DNA from: Felis catus
Lineage: Eukaryota
Assembly: GCF_018350175.1 (NCBI RefSeq)
Contig: NC_058369.1
Span: forward strand, 4,466,001 to 4,530,000
Direction: 5' to 3'
Length of the DNA stretch: 64,000 bases
Position 1 is the first letter of the stretch; each line of letters starts with the position of its first letter. The notes beneath the pieces were generated by a model. It was not told the origin of the DNA, ran no database searches, and saw only the letters and a program-made list of their open reading frames with translations. Positions 33,319-46,900 of the stretch are shown here, one piece after another. A program made the position numbers and the translations under genes.

Positions 33319-35714
33319 CACACACATACTATCTATCTATCTATTGCAGATGTAATGATATTTATGTGGTATGGACATATACATAACATAGTACAGATAT
33401 ACTGTAACTATGTATTAATTATATCGACATTTGTATTCTCTATATAATAAATATATAAACAGTGCAGCTATATGGTAATGATGTTTATCACTATGCAGTA
33501 ACCACTTCACTGCTGGAACAAGGCTCAGGGAGCATCACGAGATAAGGGGCCTTCATTATCTTTCACAGCTGCTCTCTTCCAAGTGCACAGCATGTTGGCA
33601 AGAATGACAACTTTGAGAGTCATTCTCAGATGATAATCATCTTCAAAATCTCGTTCCGGTCACCGTGTCACATTCCCAAGGGCTGCCGTACCACAGTACC
33701 CCAGACCAGGTGGCTGGAAACAGAAACTCATTCTGTCGCGGTTCTAGAGGCCTGAAGTCTGAGATCAAGGCGTCGGCTGGGCTGGCTCTTGCTGGAGGCT
33801 GTGATGGAGAATCTGTTCCAGGCTTCGGGCTTCTGGTGGCCGTCGGCAGTCCCTGGCCTTCCCTACTGCAATCTCTGCCTCTGTCATTACGTGGCCTTCT
33901 GTGTCTCTGTGTCCTCTCCTCTTAAGGGTACCAGCCGCTGGATTTAGGGCCAACCCTATAACTGGTTGCACCTGCCTAGGCCCCGTTTCCAAATCAGGTC
34001 ATATTCTGACCTGATGTATTCTGACATGAATCTGGAGGGAACATCATTAAACCCAATACAGTCATTAAAATAACCCCAACCAGTATCCAGGTGACTCCCC
34101 TCCACAATCCTGTCCTAGTTAAAGCTTCCCCCCTCCCCAAGGCTTCAGGCTGGATGCCTGGGGCAGTGGGGGTGGGGAGGCCTGCCGTGCTGCCCTCTCA
34201 TGTCCTTGACCACGTCCTCCCCTGTTGCCCACTGTGAGCTGTCATGCTTCCTCCTCCTACTTCTCCTTGGGGGTGGGCGGTTTGGTGAGGGGGAGCCTCT
34301 GTGAACTAGCCTGCCCTTGATGTAGGCTGTCATGGGTTGAACTGTGTCCCCCTGTTACGGTCTGAATATTTGTGTCCCTCTACAGAAAACTTGTATGTTG
34401 ACACTTAACCCCAATGTGATTGCATTAGGAGGTGGGGCCTTCGAGAGAGGATCAGGAAATGAGGGTGAAGCCCACACTAACCGCATCAGGGCCCTAATAA
34501 AAGGGGCCCCAGGGAGCACCCTTGCCCCTTCTGGCCGGTGAGCACACAGCGAGAAGACGCTATGAACCAGAAAGCAGGTTCTCAACAGACGCTTACCCTG
34601 CTAGTGCCTTGATCTTTGACTTCCTGGCTTCCAGAACCATGAGAAATAAATGCCTGTTGTTTAAACGATACCCAGTGTATCGTATTTTGCTATAGCGGTC
34701 AAAAGAACGAAGATACACCCCAAAATTCTAATGTTGCAATCCTAACACACAACAGCACAGAACGTGACTTATTTGGAAACAGGGTCTTTGCAGATGTGAT
34801 TAGTTAACATGAGGTCATTTGCGTGGGTCCTAACCCAGTATGACCGGTTTTCCATATGAAAGGGACAAGTTGGGCACAGACGTGCACAGGGCGAACGCTG
34901 AGGGCAGAGACCCGGGGTGATGCTTCTGTAAGCCACGAACTCCCAATATTGCCAGCAACTCGCCAGAAACTAGGGCAGAGGCATGGAACTGATTCTCCAT
35001 CACGGCCTCAGAAGGACCCAAGTCTGCCCACACCCTGGTCTCGTGTTTATCTCCAGAACTGAGACAACAGATGTCTGTTGTGTCAGCCACTCCATCTGGG
35101 GCACTTGGTCGCGGCAGCCCCAGCTGACTGACACACAGCTCATGCTCTTTGCTCAGCATCTGCCTCTGAGCACGTATCTCCGGGCTCCCTCTACTGGCTT
35201 CCAGCCAAAAGCCTGTAGGAGCCCATCCACGGGGCCCACGTCAGTCGAGGGGAAAGACCATGTCCCTCAACAGGTTTTCTCGCAAACCCCGCTGTCCACG
35301 CTGCCATTTTCGGCTACCACCTCTCGAGTAGATGAGTTTCAGTGGAATAAAGTCAAGAGCCACGCACGCAGTTCTCCGAGAGGGTTTCTAGAATCTTCTC
35401 TCCCCATTTTTTTTGTGGCAGGAGAATGGCCGAATGGCGAGCCACCCACTGGCTCTTAAACCTTCCTCCTGGGGGTAACACACAATGATTCACATGTTAA
35501 AAAGGTTTTTGAGAATGAAATGGATGGATGGCTGCAGCTTCCTTTGAAATGCGTCATGAATAAGACAGAGTGAGGGGCACCTGGGTGCTCAGTCAATTGG
35601 GCGTCTGACGTCAGCTCAGGTCATGATCTTGCGGTTCAGGAGTTTGAGCCCCGTGTTGGGCTCTGTGCTGATGGCTCAGAGCCTGAAGCCTGCTTCCGAT
35701 TCTGTGTCTCCCTC

Positions 35715-35749
<35 letters not shown>

Positions 35750-38700
35750 GCCCCTCCCTGGGTCACACTGTCTCTCTCTCTCTCTCAAAAATAAACAAAC
35801 ATAAAAAAAAAGACAGAGCGGTGGGTGGATACAGAGAAGTGGCTACACAGAGATGTGATGATAAAGCAAATACAGTAAATGCTGGGGGCTGTGGAATCCA
35901 CATGGCGAATAAGAGGGCGGTGGCTATGCAGTCCCGTCACCTTTCCTATATGTGTGACATTTTTCGTAATGAAGTGTCGAGAGGGGGAAGGAAAAATAAG
36001 AAAGCGTGAGCGGACTGGCGTTGGCCATTTGACTTCACCTGAGGGGTGGGATTAATTCAACACTCAGTACTTCAGGTCAGAAAAGGACACTCCTCCCCCG
36101 AAGTTATTTAATTAATGAAAACGTTTGCCACCCAACCTTGGCGACTGTTTGCAGTTACTCCTGGGCTGTGGACCATTCATCAAGACGGAGAAGTCCTGCT
36201 GAGGCTATCAAAACATGGGGCAGGCCATGAGACCCCAATGACCATCCCTGCATTTTTTCGGGAGTCAGTCAGCCGATTTGGGGCCTACCCGGCCCTCGCA
36301 ACGAAGAACAGTGAACGGTGGGAAACTCTGAATTTCAGCCAGTATTACGAGGCCTGTCGGAAGGCGGCGAGAGCCTTGATGAAGGTAAATGAGTCATTCG
36401 CTCATTCATTCATCATTCAGTCAGTCATTCATTCTATACACACGTACATATGGTATAAAATGCACAAGGTACCATAAGATGTGAAGGTTAACCGGTGAGA
36501 TTTTTTTCCCTTTGGCCCTTGACCCATCCGTTATGGAGGCAGCCACCCCTGCCAGCTTCTATAAATCCTTCTAGGAAATAAATGATATGTGTATATTATA
36601 AAATTTCTCTATATGCAAATTTTTACGTACACAGTAGCCGACTGTAGGCACGATTCTGAATCTTTTTTTTTTTTTATCTCTAGGTATTAGCTACTGCTGC
36701 GTAACAAATTACCCCCAAATTTAGTTTTAGAGTCTCTCATAGTTGTAGTCGTCAAGCTGTCATCTAAAGGCTTGAGTCGGGCTTCAGGGCCCACTTGTAA
36801 GTTTATTTACATGGCTGGCTATTGGCAGGGGACCGTGGTTCCTTGCTCCCGGGCCTTCTCCATGGGGTTGCTTGGGTGTCCTCAGCTTATGGCTGCCAGC
36901 TTCCTCCAGAATGAGTGATCCAAAAAAACATGAACAAGATGGGAACCACGATGTCTTCCATTACCTAATCTCAGTAGTGACCTACTATCCTTTCCACATT
37001 CTACTGGTCACGCAGACAAGCATTGATACAGTGTGGGAGGGGATTACACAAGAATACAAACCCCAGGAGAGGACCATCCTGGAGGCTGGCTGCCACACTC
37101 TGAGATCCTACTACGTTGATTTACCACCAAAAACAAAACAAAGCAAAACAAAACAAAACAAAACAGTCCATGCTCTTTCAACAAAATACACAGATACGTA
37201 TGTAACAACATTGGCATAACCAGCCCCCTACTGGTGGGCATTTACGGTGTTTCCACGCTTTGCCACCATATATGGAGCCACACAGAAGCTTCTTTATACA
37301 ATGAATTCTTATAGCAACAGTGCCTCTGTATGCCCACTCATAGGGTGTGACAGAGCCTGCTTACCTATTATTCTTGCCAACATCACATTATAAAAAATGT
37401 TCATATTGGCTACTTTGATGGGCATGTTAGGCAGAATTCTACAATTACCCCCAAGATTCCCAACCCCTGGTATATACAGACAGACTCTTCCCCCTTGAGT
37501 ATGCACAGAGCTTGTGACTATGATGAGATTTCCCTCCTGTGGTGGCAAAGGTGAAGAGATTTTGCAAATGGAATTGGGCTCTCTGATCGGTTGACTTAGA
37601 GTTCATCAAAATGGTAAATGCTCTGGGTGGGCCTGACCTAAGCAGGAAAGCCATTAAAAGGAAGATTCTTCTGCTGGCTTTGAGGAAGCAAACTGCCATG
37701 TTGTGGACAGGGCCATGTGGCAGGGTATGGCAGACAACCTCTAGGAGAGCAGTCCCCAGCTGCCAGCTAGTGAAAAACAGGACCTCAGTCATTTAACCCC
37801 AAGGGAATGAGTATTGCCAACAATCTACAAGTGTGGAAGAAGATTCTCAAGCTTCAGAGGAGACCGTAGTCCCCCCTGATGCCTGAACTGCAGCTTCAGG
37901 AGATCCTTAGCAGTGGACCCAGTTAAGCTGTGCCCAGATTCCTGACCCATGGAAACTGAGATAATAAATGTGTGTTGTTTTAAGCTGCTAAGTTTGTGGT
38001 GATGTGTTATGCCCCAACTGACCATGAATGTGATAAGTGTCTCCTACGTACGTAAAAGGGAATGCCTGGTGGTTTTGATTTATAGGAATTGCTACCACAT
38101 TTGGACCCAGACCTGAGTTCCCCTCTCCCCTCCCCTGACACCCATGTGCTTTGCCGAGAGCCTATGAGAGGTCACCACTGAGAACCATCTGTTAGCACTG
38201 ACTTTCCGCTTGGCTGCCTCGCCACAGTGCTGCGATTAGTTCACCTCTCCTGAAAGATGATCCTCTTTAGCTATGCCCTTAGATCTGGGGTTTAAAGACC
38301 CCTTCTCTCTTAATCCTCAGGGATCTGATCAGTAATAAATCAGTCTATCTGCACATTAACAGAGACTCTCTACCTACGGAGAAGACAGCCTATTTGTCAT
38401 TGAGCAGAAAGACTTGTCCTCGCATTCGGAAGCATCAGCAAGCGGATGCCTTTCAAACACTTACAGGTTCCCCAAGAACAGTGGGTCGTTGCCAGCCTTG
38501 CCAGCATATAACTAAACCAGCCAACAATGGGATGCCTGGGGGGCTCAGTCTGTTGAGCATCTGACTTCTACTCGGGTCATGATCTCACGGTGTGTGAATT
38601 CAAGCCCCGCGTCGGGCTCTGTGCGGACAGCTCGGAGCCTGGAGCCTGCTTCGGATTCTATGTCTCCCTCTCTCTCTGCCCCTCCCCGACTTGCACTCTC

Positions 38701-40756
38701 TCTCTGTCTCAAAAATAAACAAACATTAAAAATAAATAGATAAAAGAACCAACGAAGTTAGTTTTCCCAAACTCCATGGGGCCACATTGGGAAAAGCCAG
38801 TGCTGAGCCTAAAATCTGGGGTGTGACAAAACCTGGGCCTCCCCTCAGGAGGGAGAGGTTTCCTAGTTCATCCTCAAGCCCACTCAGAGCAAGGCTACGC
38901 TTTAAAAAGTGCAATTTATCACCACTACAGGCTATCACTCTAAGTACTTTTGTTATTACAAATAAAAATAAATTCATACCTATTAAGGTGGTCATTTAAA
39001 AAGAAAAAAAAGAACAAAATAGCAGGTGTCAGGGAAGCCGCGGAGAAAGCATTGCTGGTGGAAATGTATAATGGTGCAGCCCTTACAGAAGACGGTGGGT
39101 AGTTCCTCAAAAAAATTAAACATGGGCTTACATCTCGCCGAACAACTCCCGAAAGAATTCAAAGCAAGGACTCAAGGAGGTGTTTGAACACGATGTTCGC
39201 AGCCGCCAAAATGTGGAGGCAATCAAGTGTCCACTGGTGGGTGAATGGATAAGATACAGCGTGGCCCGTCTATACAATGAATTACTATTCGGCCTAAAGA
39301 TGGAAGGACGTCCTGCCGCCTGCCAGCACGTGGACGGGCCCGGAGGCCACTGTGCGCAGTGGCAGAAGCCAGACACAGGACACGTCCTGCATGACCCCAC
39401 TCATACAGGAGGTCCCTAGAGGAGTCCCATCCGCAGAGACAGACAGTAGATGGTGGGAGACCGGGGTGGGGCAGGGGGCGGGGAGTCTGTGCTTCATGGG
39501 GGACAGAGGCTCAGTCTGGGGCGATGGAAAGTTCTGGAGACGGGTGGTGGGGGCGGCTACACGACAGTGAGTGTGCCTGACGCCAGTAAGCTGTGCACTA
39601 AAACCTGGTTAAGATGCATATTCATGCTATAGATGGCTTACCATAATAAAAAATAAAATATATACAAATAAGAATAAATAAATGGGGCCTTGCGTAGAAG
39701 GAGGCGAACCACCCTCTCAAGGGTCACACAAGTATCACACCCCAGATTTTAGGCTCAACACTGGCTTTTCCCAGGGTGACCACATGGGCTCTGAAGCCTG
39801 CTTTCACACATCCAAGGAGCAGGTCGACTTGGAAACAACAGGTCTTTGTGTTTCTGTTTTCTGCTTATCTGTCTGTTTTCTCGCCTTCCCAGCTGGGCCT
39901 GCAGCGTTTCCATGGAGTTGGCATCCTGGGGTTTAACTCCGTCGAGTGGTTTATCGCTTCTCTTGGTGCCATCTTAGCAGGGTAAGACTACAGGCTTGGT
40001 TGACTCTGAATGCGGGTGGGCCACTGCTCAGGGCCCAGCAGCCGTGGGCTCCCTCTGACGGAGATGTGACCGGGGATTCAGGTGCAACCCCAGGTTAGCA
40101 GGCAAGACAGACACAGCAACCAATGTGACAAAGGACCAGCATCTCGGATACATAAGGTGCTTCTGTGACTGAGTAATAAATTTTTAATGTTTGTTTTTGA
40201 GACAGAGACAGAAAGAGACAGAGTGCTAGCGGGGGGAGGGGCAGAGAGAGAGGGAGACACAGAATCCGAAGCTGGCTCCAGGCTCTGAGCTGTCAGCACA
40301 GAGCCTGACGCGGGGCTCGAACTCACAGATCTCGAGATCATGACCTGAGCTGAAGCTGGAGGCTTATCCAACCGAGCCACCCAGGTGCCCCAGGGAAACA
40401 CACATTTAAAAACCAGAACTGTCAAAAGCAAGAACAAAAGGCAGTAAGATGGAGGGGAACAGGTGGCTGAGTATAGGTCCAAATCCCACTTCTAGCATCT
40501 ATTGCTAGAACAAAGTGCCCTATAAAATGCTCATCTATAAAGTGAGACACTGTGTGGGCTCCGTGATCTGCCGTCACAATGACATTATAGGAGCTGCTGC
40601 TTTTATTACCCTCACTTTTGCTGTTCTCGTCCTGGTTAACTTGTGGAGGGAGGTAAGCTGGTGCCAAGGTTGCAAACTCAGAACTTGCCTATAGACCCTT
40701 CCCCTCCCCCACCTTCCAGGACATTCTCACTTTAAGGTGTGGGGGTGTGTGCGTGC

Positions 40757-40806
<50 letters not shown>

Positions 40807-41986
40807 TCTTTTCCCAGGGGTCTTTGTGTTGGTATTTATTCTACCAACTCTGCGGACGCCTGTCAGTACGTCATTACTCATGCCAAAGTGAACATCCTGC
40901 TGGTTGAGAATGACCTACAGCTACAGAAAATCCTTTCGGTAAAACCTTAACCCAAACACTGTCCGCCAGTCACCCAAGGGGACCTCAGGGCTCTGACTAC
41001 ATGTCTTGTCGCTCCCAGGTGGATGCAAGTGATAGGTGGGGTGAGGGGGCTGGCCCCATTCTCGGGTTCACTAAGGCTACTTTGGTGTGAGTAGGGGGAG
41101 CAGGGTGAAGCCAAGGAGATTTAATTTCTGACTCATGTTAACTCTACTTCCTAAGCTTCTATTTTCAGAATATGTTTACGTACAGTCTGCGGTTTATTTT
41201 CTTTTAGAAATGTAATTATTTTGAGACTTACACCCCTTGTAATTATATTTTTTGTAACTGTCGTAATTTCTAAAAAGCTTGTCTTTCTCTTCTATTTCTT
41301 CCTGTTTCACCTTTTTCTGGTGTGGCTCTCTCTTCCCTCAGTGCTTGTATGTTTGCTTTGTGTTCTTCCTTCCCAGCTGTGTCTACTTTGTTTTAAATTT
41401 TATGTTGGAATGTTGGGTGGCAATTTTCCTTTGCTTTGTGGTGACTTTTCTCTGTGTAGAAAATTTGGCTCCCCTCCGACTGCCCTTTTTTTTCTTGTAG
41501 TATCTTCGTATGGATGTTGTAGAAAGTTTCTCAGTTCCTAGTATTTGAATGAGCCGCACTTTCCTGACCCATCTTTTGGCAGGAAGATCCTATGGGAAGG
41601 GGAATCCTCAGGAGGGTGAGCCTAGGTGACCAGATTCACCACTCAGCTCAAGGGCCCCCTGGCTGCTTGCATCAACACCGTATTTCTGGATTACACACTT
41701 CTCTACTTTTTAAGGTCTCTGGAGTTGAGATGTATCTTGCCGTCAATGGCACCCTCCAATCACCGCTGGCATGTCTGCCCACATTTTAACATCTCTGAAA
41801 TTAGGGCAGACTTTCCAGACTCAGGATATCAGCTAGACCCAGTGAAACAGACCACTCGGCAGCCAAGCCTCCTTGGATGCCTAATCCTTGACCTGGTTCA
41901 GGGAGAACAGACTTCCCCCCTCCAGCCTTGAGCTTTCTCAAATTGCTTTCTTTCTTCTTTTAAAAAAATTTTAATGTTGATTTATT

Positions 41987-42047
<61 letters not shown>

Positions 42048-43884
42048 CAGGGAGGGGCAGAGACAGAGGGAGACATAGAATCCAAAGCAGGCTCCAGGCT
42101 CTGACCTGTCAGCACAGAGCCTGACGTGGGGCTCGAACTCACGGACTGTGAGTCAGATGCTTAACCGACTGAGCCACCCAGCCGACCCTGAAATTGTTTT
42201 AAGTGATGCGTCTGTGGTCCCTGACACTCATGTCACTCCCTGTTTGTTCTGTTCATAGCAGAACAAACAGTGGGGTGGATGAAGAGTGGGGCTTACAAGT
42301 TGGGTTTTCCACCATTAGAAAATACTGTGGATCCTTCGTATGCAAGATTCAAAGCCAGGCTTCTCACACGCTCCTCCCAAACTGGATGTTCAGTTCCATT
42401 TGGAAATCTTTGATTCTGGGTGATACTCATGGCTTACAGCCCTCCAACTCTAGGGGGCTAGAGTCCTAGCCATCTTAGACTTTACACAGTCCTCAAACAT
42501 CCCCGGCCACTGCCTGCTCCAAGCTTTCTAGAGGTCTGTTCTCTTCTCTCCAGAAACCTCCTGTCTGACCGTCATGAGCACTTCTGTCCTCTTTTCTCTC
42601 AATCCACATGGGGGTTTTGGTTATAACTGTAATTACCACACTGGGTGCTGGAAGTGACTTCTGTCATGGCACAGAGGCATACCCCTTCCTCTGCATCAAC
42701 AGGATACAAGAATCCTGCAGGCGTGCTCAACCGAACCTTGGCGTCTTAGGTGTTGGTAGAAAGTCCTCAAGTTGTCCAGGTCCCAGTCACCTTCACAGAG
42801 AATTTGTTGCCCAATTCCAGCTAGAAGGTTAGCTGGCTCCTGGCCGCACAGCACAAGGGGCAAGGTCACCAACCAACAGCCACAGCTGTGTGTGTGGCAG
42901 AACCCAGGAGGCTGTGGGCTTCGCCAGCCTTTAAGTGCAGGATGCCACTGACACGGACCACAGGGAACCCAGCAGTCCAGAGACCAGGGCGTGTCCTGTC
43001 AGTCGGGACAAACAGCAGTGCTGTACAGGGTGGGCAGGACAAAGAAAGGAGGCTGGGGCGGCTGTGGGAGATTGCTTGGGACGGGCACCCGCCTTCAATC
43101 TCTCCCAGGGCCAAGAGGCCCACGCGAAACTTTCTTTCAGATTCCGCGGGGCAGGATGGAGACCCTAAAAGCGATCATCCAGTACAAGCTGCCAATGAAG
43201 GAGAGCAGAGACAACCTGTACTCTGTAAGTGTGGGAGTGGGGGGGGGGGACCTCGCAAGGGAAGATGTGTGCTCTGGTTATTTATTGCTGTGAAACAAAT
43301 CTCCCCCCCAGATTGACGGCTTAAGACAACAACGATCATTTTGTCATTAATTCTCTTCCAGAGCGTTAAGGTCATTGAAAAAATACTGCCTCGTGGGAAA
43401 TTAGGTGTGTGAAAACTCACAGCATTGAGTTTAAATATTTACTTTAGGGGCGCCTGGGTGGCTCAGTCGGTTGAGCGGCCGACTTCAGCTCAGGTCATGA
43501 TCTCACGGTCCGCGAGTTCGAGCCCTGGATCAGGCTCTATGCTGACAGCTCAGAGCCTGGAGCCTGTTTCAGATTCTGTGTCTCCTTCTCTCTGACCCTC
43601 CCCTGTTCATGCTCTGTCTCTCTCTGTCTCAAAAATAAATAAATGCTAAAAAAAAATTTTTTTTTAAATATTTACTTTATATCCAAATCAGAATTGGTTA
43701 TTTTGCTAAAACCATTAAGCACCATTTACTATGCATCCGGGGCTGAGAGGCTCTGCTATGGCTGGGACCGGCAGCCGTCTTGGAGCCTGTCTTTATTTAA
43801 ATTTTTGATATTTCATTCATCATGGATTTAAAAACGTGTTTTTAAGGTTTATTTTTGAGAGAGAAAGCACATGAATAGGGGAGG

Positions 43885-43920
<36 letters not shown>

Positions 43921-46900
43921 ATAAGGGCAGGGGAGTAGCAGAGAGAGAGGGGGGACAGAGGATCTGAAGCAGGTTCCCTATGACATGGGGCTCGAACCAT
44001 GAGACCATGACCTGAACCAAAGTCGGACACTTAACCATGAGCCACCCAGGTGCCCCCATCATGGATTTTTTTTTTTTTTACGTTGTTAGTGACTTTAAAA
44101 ATATTGCATTAAAATACTACTTATGTTGATTACCAAAGGTTTGTTGCCCTTTTGTTTTATTCTGTTGTTTGCATCTTCTTAAACTTTGCCCTAGAGGCTA
44201 AGTGTCGAGTCCTCACTCTGGTCCTGCAGCCCGGGCTCCTCCTCCTATATACCTCCCTCTCTCTCTGCGGCCTCTCCAAGCATGGTGACGTCAGGCTAGC
44301 CGAAGCAGGGGTGAGGTGCGTGACGGTACACGGAGTGATCTCACAGAAGCCACGAGACAAGCTCCTGTGAACGCCCATGTGATCAGACTCTCAAACTCAT
44401 GACTTGGATCAGAAGTCCTAACACGTCATGGAGTTTTTCCGGGTTGCCCTCCGTGCAAGGCGGACAAAAGGCGCCCATGATCCTTTCTGCCAACCAGAAC
44501 CCTCGGCAGCTTCTGTGCCTTCCAGAAAACACTCAAATATCAAGACCAGGATGGTGACTGATTAAGGAAGAAAGCTGATCAGAATCACAGACATTTTAGA
44601 GGTTAAGAGTGGCCACCACAGCAACAATATCTGAGGTCTGGATACCTTAAAAAACAAAAACAAAAACAAAAACCTCCCTTGTTAGCAACACTACCTACAG
44701 TGGGGTTTCTCAACCTCATTGCTCTGGACATCTGGGGCGGATCATTCTTAGTCGTGCGGCCGAACTGTGAGGTGTCGGATGCCAGGCGGTGCCCCTGGCC
44801 TCCACCTGCTAGATGTCAGCAGCGCTGTCCTCGCTGAAACCACAAACGCCCTCAGACATGACCTGCTGCCGTGGGGCCGGCATCACCCTGGCTCCACTTC
44901 TGGAGGACGCCGCGTGCCCTCCGTCTGGAATCCAGGGCACCGCCCTCACCCAGAGCCGAGCTGGGGCTCCCGGGTAGAAGTGCTACAGATCCTGTGCGGT
45001 CACTCCGTTCACACAACCCAGCAGCGCCTTCTGAGGCATCGTAGTTGAAGGCAGTTAAGCGCACAGGCTCTGGAGTCTGGCCACCTTGGTTCAGAAGGCT
45101 GGTTCCTGTTTACTTGCCGGCTGACCTTTGGCGGCTCCCGGGGCTACATCTTGACTCATTCGTGTCCAGATGACTCACTCCTGCCCCAGCACTTCCAGCA
45201 GAAGCCCTGACCTTCAGTGCGATTGGACCAGCAGCCGTCACATGCCCAGACCCAGCAGCCGGGCCAGGAAGTGGAGGAGGAGAAGCAAACATTTTAGGGC
45301 TTTTTAAAGAGGCACCAGGACTGGTGATCCTAAGCCTTCCCTCATGCTGGCAATCGTGCTTTAGAGAGGCTGCTGGTACCCGACCTGACTGGGGAGGGTG
45401 ACCCCTGGCGTGTCGTGGGTCACCCTCACATCTGGGGTCCTCATGCTCCGCCTGTCTCTTCTTTCCACAGTGGAATGATTTCATGGAGCTTGGCCACAGC
45501 ATCCCCGATTCCCAGCTGGACCAGATCATGGAGAGCCAGAGGCCCAATCAGTGTGCAGTGATCATTTACACTTCTGGGACCTTAGGCAACCCCAAGGGAG
45601 TGATGCTGAGCCACGACAACGTAAGTGTGGTCTTTGCCAACAGTGATGAACTCGGTAGCACCCGGAGTCCCTGCACCCTGGGCCAGGGGCCCTCAGGCTC
45701 TTTCCGTTCCTGACCCACAGGGGCAGGGTGGCATTTAGGGGCCCGGCACACGACGGCTCCCACCCAGTGAAGCATGGAACAGCCATGAGAACACTTCCAA
45801 AGAGGACAGTGCAGCACAAGGGCTGAAATCAAGGACTTCAGAGCAGACCTGCGTTCAGGACTTAACCCAACGGCCCCAGGCCTCGGTTTGCACATCTGTA
45901 AAATGGGTGTGGTGCGACAATCCCCGCCTGGCGGGCTGTTTTGAAAATGAAATGAGTTCCCGTTTGGAGAGAGCTCAGGACTGACGGTGTTTGATAGTAA
46001 GACACGTATGTGAGAGAGCAGAACACACATTCTGTGCTTCGGAAGTAAAGCAGAAGTCGCTGTTTTGGTTACTCGGGAAAGGCTGCGTCTTTGGAAAAGA
46101 CATAGATGTCTGGACAGAGTCCACAAGCGAAAGCAATTTATGTCTTTTTAGCGAAAGCAATTTAGATCATCGTTACAGGAGACAAAAAGGGGAAAAAAGG
46201 GAACAGATGCTAAGGGATTCCGTTTATATAAAACCCTAAGAAATGCCAACTTATCCACAGGGACAGAAAGCAGGTTGGGGCTTAAGCAGAGACGCGACGT
46301 AAACACGTCCAAGCCAGGTGCAGAGCGGCAGACGGGGCAAACCGTGCCTTGTGTTAAAAACTAAACAATGTCAGGGGCGCCTGGGTGGCGCAGTCGGTTA
46401 AGCGTCCGACTTCAGCCAGGTCACGATCTCGCGGTCCGGGAGTTCGAGCCCCGCGTCGGGCTCTGGGCTGATGGCTCAGAGCCTGGAGCCTGCTTCCGAT
46501 TCTGTGTCTCCCTCTCTCTCTGCCCCTCGCCCGTTCATGCTCTGTCTCTCTCTGTCCCAAAAATAAATAAACGTTGAAAAAAAAAATTAAAAAAAAAACA
46601 AAAAACTAAACAACGTCAGCAAGCAAGGCGCACGCGTGTGCTTTTTAGAAGCAGAAAAGCGTCCACAGGACGCGCCCCCGACCGGCGATGGTGGGTCTCC
46701 ATCAGCACGATCGCTAGTGTTTACGCGAAGTTGCCTCCCAGCCTAGACGGACAGTCAGCAGACGCGCCAGGCCCTGCGCCGGCCGTGCCCTCTGCTCACT
46801 CTTGTTGCCAGAGAGCCCCACGGCCTGTAGCTTCACCTGCTTCAGGTCCCTGCTCACACGTTATCGCCTCCACGAAGCCCTCCCGGGCTTCCATGTTGAA

